Of a stretch of DNA of 64,000 bases, positions 1-10,000 are shown one piece after another. Below the pieces are notes generated by a model, which saw only the letters and a program-made list of their open reading frames with translations, was not told the DNA's origin and searched no databases. The position numbers and the translations under genes were made by a program. This DNA comes from Macrostomum lignano (lineage: Eukaryota), in NCBI GenBank assembly GCA_002269645.1, contig NIVC01001215.1, positions 148,022-212,021 on the forward strand, given 5' to 3'. The first letter of the stretch is position 1; each line of letters opens with the position of its first letter.

Positions 1-255
1 ACACAGCAGACAGACACAGATCACCCAGAAGACACGCAGGTCACACAGCAGACACGCAGGTCACACCGCAGATATGCAGGTCACACAGCAGACACGCAGG
101 TCACACAGCAGACACGCAGGTCACACCGCAGATATGCAGGTCACACAGCAGACACGCAGGTCACCCAGCAGATACGCAGGTCACACAGCAGACACGCAGG
201 TCACACCGCAGATATGCAGGTCACCCAGCAGACACGCAGGTCACACGCAGATATG
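1..255. repeat. 20-bp minisatellite (CACACAGCAGACACGCAGGT variants), intronic
   Basis: About 12 tandem units seen directly; same family resumes at ~6824-7010. Confidence 0.95.
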
Positions 256-608
256 TAAAGTACCTTTATGTGAAACTTAGAGCTAAAATTTTCATATGTA
301 ACTAATTTTGCTGGATTGCATTTTAATCAGGTTAATCACATCATCCTTTTGATACTTTTAGGTAGGAAAAAGACTCGAATTAGGAAATCAAAAGATAACC
401 TAAGACATTCTCCGTAGTTTAGGGTGGGTGCAAAATTTGGTGTAATTTGGTTGAGCGATTTGGGAGTTTGAGATTTGGGAGCGAATGAAATTGTCCACAG
501 ACAGACACACACAGACAGAGTTTTCATTTTTATAGTTAGAGACGGTTAAAAAAGGAATTCCCCAAGTGGACACTCCCCAATTCCCCAAGATATTTTTGAG
601 GGAGATAG

Positions 609-2990
609 ATATTCGCACTACCACATCCTAACTACCGCTGCCTGACAACAACCGGAGCTCGAAACTTTCTGAACATCTTTCTCCATAATTTTCAGCTAAC
701 AGCAACGCATATCCGCCAAGCACATTCTACTGCGTCAAAGGAGCTGCTTTCTCCATCTGAGGAAATCGTTGTTGTTGAGTCCCGACGCCATTCCAGTGCC
801 ATTGCGGAGCAGTTTTATCAAGCCAGGAACCACAATGTCACCATGGCCGCTCTACTCAACATGCAGGCAAAGCTTGCAGCTTTGCCTGACCCCGCGCGCC
901 CAGTAGAGCTTCCGACGCTGATAGAGGATGAGGATGGTGAAAAGGAACACAGCCAGGACGATGAAGATTATGGGAGCGGTCATCCAAGCGAGCTCGACCG
1001 ACTTGACGGCGACAAGGATTCGTCAGTAGCTGTTGGCGAGAAGAACGACATGCAGGACGATGATGCCGGGAACAGCATTCGTCCTAGAAAGCGTGGCCGA
1101 CTGGACGATGATCATGCTAAGTCGGCAGCTGAGGACGACCAGGACGACCATGAGGAGGATGATGACGATGACAGCATTCGAGAGTGTTCGAAAAGCCCGT
1201 AAACGGAAACAAACTATTATGTCCTACTGGAAAAAAATGTTAAAAACAGCAAAGGTTGACGAACTAGACATCGAAAGACTGGCACTGGATCGGGAGACTT
1301 GGAGAGCAGTGACTAAGGAAAGAAGGCATCAACTGGACATCCTAGAAAAGATGTTAAGCAGGCGCGGGAACTTACCACCAGAAGGAGTCGATCAGCAAAC
1401 CGAAGCACCCCTAGCAGGGACACAGCCCACCCAAGAGACCGAATTAACGGGCTACCGGTGCAAATATGAGCACTGCGAAAAGGTATGCGCATCAAGAGGC
1501 GGCCTGGCCATTCACCACAAACGCATGCACCACACCGTCGCGGAGGTATCCCTCCCCTGCCCTAAGTGCGGGAAACCTTTCAAGACCGAAGCGACTAGAA
1601 AAAACCACCATAAGTGGTGCCGCGGAACCACCCAGTCCGACGGCCGCACGAACTGCACAAGCTGCGGGAAATGGCTCAGTAGCAGCAATTTCGCGAGACA
1701 CTGGAGGACGTGCAAGAAACAGAACACGAGAACGGACCAAGCCGACACTCCGATCAGGACCACACCGATGGCCAACATCGGCAGAATCTACCGCAGTAGA
1801 CGGGTACCGTGCCCGCACTGTGGCCGACAGCAGGCTGCAACGAACCTGGCTCGACATAGGAAAGTGTGCCTTGGCGAGTGAGACGGGGACCCGCCTGGTT
1901 GACTATGCCGAAAGGCGATAAAAAGTCAGAAGAAGAAGAAGATGACAGCATTCGTCCTAGAAGGCATGGCCCCAGACTGGACGACGATCATGATGAGTCG
2001 GCAGCTGATGACGACCAGGACGACCATGAGGAGGATGATGACGATGACAGCATTCGTCCTAGAAAGCATGGCCCCAGACTGGACGAGTCATGATGAGTCG
2101 GCAGCTGAGGACGACCAGTACGGCATCCAGAACTATGAAGACGACAGCCAACGGAAAGCGGAAGATGCTATCGACATGGGCAACAATACTGATGATTCTG
2201 ATGATTCTGACAATACTGATGAGTTCGTCAAGTTTAAAAAGAGGTGAGTGCAGGTTTCCTCTTTTTACGGTATTCCAACATAGATACACGTATTTCGAGC
2301 GTAGATTTTACAAAAGTAGCACTGTTTGTCTACCTCTCGGTTCATCTGCCTCTCATCTCCGTCATTCGCTGCACATAATCCCGTCATTTTAAAAGAGGTA
2401 TACGCATTTTACATTTTTTGCACTTGTTCTTTACCTCTCGCCACTAAAATTCCTCTTATTCAAGGAGGAATCTCACACCCATCGTGGAGGCGTCTGTGGA
2501 AACTGCAAACGCGCTGTTCTCGACACCAGTGAACACTCAGCAGTCAGCAAAACAGCCGAGTATCAGTACGAGTACAATAAATTCCCCTACGACAATGGAC
2601 GAACCTGGCGGAATGGTTACCCAGGCCTACAATGGTTACAATGAGATGAACCAAATCATTAGCCAGGAGGCCTATCGAGCCAATGCGGCCGTTCACCATG
2701 AAGTCAACACTCCTAGAGTGTTAACAGCAGCAGAGAAGCGCACTGAGTCAAAGCGACGCATGCAGACAGCCAACGGCTTGAAAATCAGTGCAGTTGTTGA
2801 TGAGCTGCTGCGTCTTAATGGTCCGAGTAGCAACTGCCCGATCCCACCAAGCAAGACCGCGTACAATCAGTACGTCGCGACACATCAGTCCTTGCGGTTT
2901 GTGGACAAGGCCGAAGTTGCTGACAGCATGACAATGCAAATTAATAGATGGAAGTCCCAATGGTCGCGACTTCGCAAAAGAAATGATTGA
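609..2990 (+). pseudogene. Disrupted gene: tyrosine-recombinase-like C-terminal motifs + acidic ~33-aa repeats + small C-terminal helical domain
   Basis: Open frame from 609 reads ...LTATHIRQAHST...RRHSSAIAEQFY...; interrupted by LINE 1181-1940; 2-bp loss near 2087 shifts frame; in-frame intron 2244-2464 (AG|GTGAGT ... CAAG|G) joins ...FKKR to RNLTPIVEAS... ending at 2990. Confidence 0.55.
1181..1940 (+). mobile_element. 5'-truncated RTE-like non-LTR retrotransposon (ORF C-terminus with four zinc fingers)
   Basis: 14-bp TSD GATGACAGCATTCG at 1167-1180 and 1941-1954; (AGA)n tail 1928-1940; peptide SYWKKMLK...ERLALDRETWR resembles the post-RT region of RTE ORFs; one C2H2 and three C2HC fingers before the stop at 1881. 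Confidence 0.85.
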
Positions 2991-3256
2991 ATGACAATAT
3001 CTGACATTATACGTCTAAAGACAATGTTTTTAATTTTCATTTTATTACTTCTTTTTTTGCATGTTTATTAATTCTATTTGTATTCCATTTATAGTTTAAA
3101 GTAATTTATTAGGTGCCAATTTACTCGTCCACTACTCGTTGTTGTATATTAATGCATTTTTATTACCGTTCATTACTTAAGTCCATTCATTACTTAATTT
3201 TTATAAATGTTGTGGTGTTTTTTCCTGTTTGCTAATTCTATTATACACTTTGTAAC

Positions 3257-4225
3257 CATTTCCAACGCGCCAAAAAATAATGTATCAACCTTGTGCTTAA
3301 TTAACTTTTATCTTGTTTCTTTCATCGTGTGCTTAACTTTCATTTATTTACTTGTTGTGATGTTGTGTTGTAACGACTTTGTACTTTTCGACTAATTTCG
3401 ATTTCATATTTGTATTCCATTTATAGTTGTAATTTATTAGGTGCCAATTATTTACTCGTCCACTACTCTGTAAGCTGTAAACCAAGTGTTATTGTATATA
3501 ATTGAATTTTTAACACCATACATCCATTCATTACTAATTTTTTTAAGAGTGTTGTTGCATTTTGCTTTTTGCATGTTTAATAATTGCATCTATATACGAT
3601 TAATTAGTACTTTTCTGCTTCACTTCATTTCTATTCAATTTATAGCTATACTCCTACAATCTCTCCTACAATCTGACTTCTAGAGTGTGCTCTTATAGTT
3701 GTTTTTATAACTACGTAGGCCTAAGATCTTACTTCTCTTCTATTTCTCTTTGGTTCAAAAAGGATCTTCAAACTCTTTAGGAAAGATAGGCTAAGCTGTG
3801 CGACTTTTACTGCCAAACAGTGCTGTACTGTAATTTTTAACAAACATTTTTTCTAATTCTGTTCACTTTCAGCTTTCATCGAAGAGCTACGAGAGTACTT
3901 CTCCAAACAAAATAGTTTTAAAAGCAACAGAGAAGAAATATAATGAAGCGGCCATGTGACTTTGAAGCAGAGCAGCTAGACTTCGAGGACGAAGATCGGC
4001 AGCTACCACCTTCAAAGAAGATTCCGCGGCTTAGTGAGAACAGGTAAGGCGACACAAAATTTTCTAATTCATGCTGATTTCATTGATATTTAGTTGAATG
4101 GATGGTGCATGTATAGTTGTATCTAAACTTGATACTTGAGAACTTGATTCTAAACCAAAAAAATAATACATGACTTCATTCTATACAGAAGGCCCTCGCC
4201 GACATGTGAGGAAGAAGATGCAGCG
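3257..4225 (+). repeat. Direct repeat copy 1 (~970 bp)
   Basis: Near-identical to 5851-6823 (offset 2594 bp); includes 3' flank, spacer, exon MKRPCDFEAEQLDF... and the start of the next exon. Confidence 0.92.
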
Positions 4226-5874
4226 TTGTCGGCTTCGACTTCAATGGTGCCGACTATCCCGTCTGCTTCGGAAAGAAGCTTCGACATCAGTATTCGGTCG
4301 GGAAACGACGAAGTCTATACATTGTGTACATAGTGAGTTTGTGTTTTGGCCCTTCTTTGGAATCTATGTGTTTTCTGGTTTGTGTCCAAAATGAGACCCG
4401 AGTGACGTTATCTCAGTACCTTTTCTGGCACCTCTGCCAGGTGCAAACGCAGTACCACAATTTCCTTTTCAATTTGCTTACAATTTGCTTTGTCGTAGAG
4501 ATGCTCTTGACATTATATTTTTGCTTTTTGTGCTATATACTTATAGTAAGGGATTATTCATTGAGTCTATTCTCGATATCTGCTCAGAGATGTAAATGAT
4601 TGAAGGTAATTCCTGAGGGATTTTGAGCCATATAGATTGGATTTTTACCACTCAGTCAACATGAAGAATGTTTACTGTTGTCAGGGGTGTCGGAACCGGA
4701 GGGGTGGCTGTAAAAATGTCACAAACTGACATAAAAGCAGGAGTTAGGGTGTCCCTGGATTAAAAAAATTAATGTGCGATGTGCCTTCCCACCAATAGCC
4801 TTCCCCCCACTTGAAAAATGTTCAGACACCGCTGACTGTTGTTCAGATAATTTTGTGGTCATTTCTGTAGACACATTTCGGCTTTCATCAACTGAGTCTG
4901 GGCTCACCCACTGCCATATTTGAGTCATGCATGTATGTATGCCCAGTTACGTAGATAAAGGCACTTTTAACAGAAATTACAGAGTTAAATAGACTTTCTA
5001 AAGCATTTTAAAACACTACTAGCAGAACTTCAGACATTGGGTAGTGATCTCGGGTAGTACATATTAGATTTCTACTACATACTCAACATGAAGAATTTTT
5101 TACTGTTGTTGTTCGGGTAATTTTGTGCGGATTTATCTCTGTTAACAAATTATGCCGACCCTATTCTCTCTCCGTATTGCCAGATATTCTCATATGAATT
5201 TCTTGCACAAATGACTTGTGCCTCTTCTGTCTTCTGATTCTTTTATCTTTAATTTCTTTGTACTTCATTATTCGTTTTCCAGGGCGGACATCCAGGGCGG
5301 ACGCATGTCGCCAACAACTGTACAACAGGACGAGCCTCGACGCGATGCGGCTGCCAACGTCGCTTCGAGGCACAGCCGCGTTAGCGTCCTTCGAGGTTCG
5401 TCCTTTGAGGCACAGCCGCGTGATTCGTTTTCTAAGGGCAAATCCGCCCTTAGACCACCTGCTGATCCCAACGAGAGCCAGGTCTGTTCCGACGACCTAG
5501 CGAACGACTGCGGCGGCTCAGACGACGATTTGGCTAGGTCGGCACCGAAAATAGCCAGCGTAGTCAGCGTTGTTTTTCAGAGGAGAAGCGGAAATTCCTA
5601 AAGCGAGGAAATTCTACAAAGGCAGAGGGCGTCGATTGAGAGGATGAACTCTGACGTTGGGAGAAAAATCAAGTCCATCATTAAAGAGCTCTTGGCGAAC
5701 AACGGGCCGAAGAGCAAGAACCCAATTAAGCCGAGCAAGCGGGCTTATTACTCGCAAGTGAAATGTCACTCGACTTTGAGGGGACTAGCCGCAAAAGAGC
5801 AACGCAAAGTCGATGAACAAATGGACAGTTTCATAAACATGTGGAAAAGCCATTTGCAACGCGCCAAAAAATAA
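3943..5874 (+). pseudogene. Spliced gene of unknown function (MKRPCDF... start; C-terminal domain paralogous to ORF 2484-2990); internal stop at 5599-5601
   Basis: Exon from ~3943 to ~4043 with GTAAG donor, in-frame exon ~4188-4332 with GTGAGT donor; ORFs 5218-5601 and 5644-5874 share a frame and are separated by one TAA. Middle exons unresolved. Confidence 0.5.
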
Positions 5875-6823
5875 TGTATCAACCTTGTGCTTAATTAACT
5901 TTTATCGTGTTTCTTTCATCGTGTGCTTAACTTTCATTTATTTACTTGTTGTGATGTTGTGTTGTAACGACTTTGTACTTTTCGACTAATTTCGATTTCA
6001 TATTTGTATTCCACTTTTTATAGTTGTAATTTATTAGGTGCCAATTATTTACTCGTCCACTACTCTGTAAGCTGTAAACCAAGTGTTATTGTATATAATT
6101 GAATTTTTAGCACCGTACGTCCATTCATTACTAATTTTTTTAAGAATGTTGTTGCATTTTGCTTTTTGCATGTTTATAATTACATCTATATACGATTAAT
6201 TAGTACTTTTCTGCTTATTTCATTTCTATTCAATTTATAGCTATACTCCTACAATCTCTCCTACAATCTGCCTTCTAGAGTGTGCTCTTATAGTTGTTTT
6301 TATGTTTTTATGTTTTAGGCCTAAGATCTTACTTCTCTTCTATTTCTCTTTGGTTCAAAAAGGCTCTTCAAACTCTTTAGGAAAGATAGGCTAAGCTGTG
6401 CGACTTTTACTGCCAAACAATGCTGTACTGTAGTTTTTAACAAACATTTTTTCTAATTCTGTTCACTTTCAGCTTTCATCGAAGAGCTACGAGAGTACTT
6501 CTCCAAACAAAATAGTTTTAAAAGCACCAGAAAAGAAATATAATGAAGCGGCCATGTGACTTTGAAGCAGAGCAGCTGGACTTCGAGGACGAAGATCGGC
6601 AGCTACCACCTTCAAAGAAGATTCCGCGGCTTAGTGAGAACAGGTAAGGCGACACAAAATTTTCTAATTCATGCTGATTTTATTGATATTTAGTTGAATG
6701 ATGGTGCATGTATAGTTGTATCTAAACTTGATACTTGAGAACTTGATTCTAAACCAAAAAAATAATACATGACTTCATTCTATACAGAAGGCCCTCGCCG
6801 ACATGTAGCCTAGAAGATGCAGC
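5851..6823 (+). repeat. Direct repeat copy 2 (~970 bp), truncated at the minisatellite
   Basis: Matches 3257-4225 up to AGAAGATGCAGCG, then switches to minisatellite sequence. Confidence 0.92.
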
Positions 6824-7010
6824 GAACAGACGAACAGGCGAACAGCGAACAGACAGATCACCCAGCAGACACGCAGGTCACACCACAGACACGCATGTCA
6901 CACAGCAGACAGGCAGGTCACACAGCAGACAGACACAGATCACCCAGAAGACACGCAGGTCACACAGCAGACACGCAGGTTACACCGCAGTCACGCAGGT
7001 CACACAGTGG
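6824..7010. repeat. 20-bp minisatellite, same family as 1-255
   Basis: CACACAGCAGACACGCAGGT-type units. Confidence 0.9.
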
Positions 7011-7018
7011 ACACAAAC

Positions 7019-10000
7019 CTCCGCTCCGGCTGAATCTCCAGACTGAGCAGCTGCTGTTGCTCATCGCTGAGCAGCTCGATGGTGCTGAGCCAGTGCTCAA
7101 ACCTGGCATCCTCGCAGTACTGGTACTGCCGGCAGGTGACCTGGTACAGCCGCAGGCGGGCCAGGATGTCGTACTCGCGGCGCCGCTTGTCGAAGTTGAT
7201 GAGGCCACCGTGGACTCGCTCCGGGAATGCGGAGTGCAGCCCCTCCAGGTCCGTCAGGAAGGTGCCGAGATAGGGCACCGTGCCGGAGGACTCGCTCAGA
7301 GACAGCTGCGGCGGGGGGGGGAGGCGAAGCCACAGTGATTTCGCTTCTCTGCCGATTTTTATAGCCAGTAACTCCGGATTTTGCGTCTACTGCCAGTCAC
7401 TCCGGATTTTGTCTCTACAGCCAGTCACTCCGGATTCTGCCTCTACAGCCAGTCACTCCGGATGTATCTCAATTGCTAGTCACTCAATCCTAGCAGTCAC
7501 TCTACCCCGCCAGTCATTCCGTCCCGCCAGTCACTCCATCCCGCCAGTCAACCCAAGCGGCTCACGCTGGAGGCGGTGCGGTGACTGCCGATGCCGCCGA
7601 CGCCGCCCGGCACGGACAGCTGGCGGCTGAGCGCCTTGCCGGTGCCCTCCCAGTGCATGGCGCGCCGCGGCGCCTGGAAATTCTCGCCGGCGTTGGCGAA
7701 TTGCGACAGCTCGGCCAGCAGGTCGCGGCTGGCCGACGGCACGCGGCGCCAGACGCGGCTGAGACGCCGCAGGCACTGCAGGTTCAGCGTGCAGACGATG
7801 GCGCACAGGGAGGAGAAGCTGCGCCTCTCCCGCAGGTACTGGGCGATGTGGATCCACCTGTTCAGCAGCTGCGCCCGGTCCTCAGGCTGCAGGCCCGGCT
7901 GCAGCGCCTGGCTGGCCACCAGGCTGCACACCCGGTTGAACTGCTGCACCGTAGCGTCGACGCTGGGCGAGCAGCCGCTGCGGCGGTGGCGGCCCCACTG
8001 CGAGCCCAGGCACTCGTGCAGCCGCACCGACTCGAAAAGGCGGGCGTCCAGGCGGGTTAGCTGCTCCGCCACCTGCGGAATGGGGGCGGCGTCAGCCGGG
8101 TCCTCATCGACTTATAAGGATGCTGGGTAGAGATAGAATGAGATCCTAAACTCCCGGTTAAAAAGGGATCCCACTCGACCTCTAAAGACGGGTTTTCAAA
8201 TCCCATATAGGCTGTTATCGTCGTGGGTCTTTACAAAGTCTTTAAAGGTCCAACGAAGTCGATGTGAACTCGGCTCCACTTTTCCGTTTCTTGAGGCCAT
8301 GGTGTCCACGCGCACTTAGCGTGATCTTTTTGCGACTGACAATTGGTATATGTCTTGGACAGGTGTTCAATGTCCCTGTCAACTGACGGACACCACACAC
8401 ACGGTCGTGCTATAGACTTCATCCGCTCGGCACCCAGATGTCCCTCGTGTAATGCGCTAAGCACAGTTTTGCGCAACGCTGTTGGAACAACGATCCTGCT
8501 TCCGCGTTACACTATCCCGCTTTTAATGGACATTTCATTTTCGAACCTGGCATATTCCTGAAGCTGACGTCTTCCAGTCTCGGTCCAACCATGCTTGACT
8601 TGGGCGAAAAGCCTTCGCATTATAGCGTCCTTCAGCGACTGTTGACGAATTTCTTTTTTTCGATCAAAAAAGAAATTTCCACAAGTACAACTTTTCCACA
8701 AGTAGGGTGTCCTGAACTGAGCTTACGTCGATGTGAACTCGGCTCCACTTTTCCGTTTCTTGAGGCCATGGTGTCCACGCGCACTTAGCGTGATCTTTTT
8801 GCGACTGACAATTGGTATATGTCTTGGACAGGTGTTCAATGTCCCTGTCAACTGACGGACACCACACACACGGTCGTGCTATAGACTTCATCCGCTCGGC
8901 ACCCAGATGTCCCTCGTGTAATGCGCTAAGCACAGTTTTGCGCAACGCTGTTGGAACAACGATCCTGCTTCCGCGTTACACTATCCCGCTTTTAATGGAC
9001 ATTTCATTTTCGAACCTGGCATATTCCTGAAGCTGACGTCTTCCAGTCTCGGTCCAACCATGCTTGACTTGGGCGAAAAGCCTTCGCATTATAGCGTCCT
9101 TCAGCGACTGTTGACGAATTTCTTTTTTTCGATCAAAAAAGAAATTTCCACAAGTACAACTTTTCCACAAGTAGGGTGTCCTGAACTGAGCTTACGTCAA
9201 ATTGTTGCAAATCGGCCTTCGTTGATCTTAATCTGGACAGTGCGTCGGCTACTGGAATCTCTTCTGACCGACGGCACTCTACTTCGTAGTCATAAGACAT
9301 AAGAGCAACTGCCCAACGCTGAATTCTAGCCGTTGCGAGACTATTGATGCTCTTGGCTGGATCGAATATATACTTAAGTGGACGGTGGTCAGTCACCAAA
9401 GTAAACTTTCGAGCGAACAGATATTTGCGTAGTCGCTTCACGGTCCACACAATCGCTAGAGCTTCACGCCCTATCTGTGCATAATTTCGCTCGGCCTGGC
9501 TGAGAGTCTTGGAGATGAACAAGACAGGTCCCTTGGATAGCTCTAGTACTGCACCTATTCCATACGGTGAAGCACGTCCTCGATGCTAGGAGTCGTGGAA
9601 ACCATGTCACAGAGAAATTTATTTAGTCACCTTATAGTCGCCGCAGAGTCTTATCCTTCCATTTTGTTTCCTAACGCAGACAATTGGCGTGGCCCACTTG
9701 CTCTGGTCTACCTTCTTTAAAATCATATCTTTTTCCATTCTATCCAACTCTTCTTCACACTGTGCCTCAGACCATATGGCAGCGGCCTTGGCTTGAAGAA
9801 CACAGGCGTTGAACCTTCCTTCAGCGTTAGGTGTGCTTTAAAGTTTTTGACCTGATAAATATTGAGCTCCGGTTCCAACTTACGCATCCACTCGAGGCCG
9901 TAGATGCTTGCAGCACTTGAATTGTCCACAATGAAGATGGAAAGCTCAGCTGTGATCCCATTGAACTTCACAGCAACCATTGACTGGCCGCAGTTTCCTT

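Larger units (their letters stand above)
256..6823 (+). mobile_element. Fragment of a putative tyrosine-recombinase-carrying DNA element with tandem paralogous genes, embedded in an intronic minisatellite
   Basis: Flanked on both sides by the same 20-bp minisatellite; contains a YR-like motif, spliced genes on the strand opposite the host gene, and a ~970-bp internal direct repeat. No TIR or TSD recognised. Confidence 0.5.
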
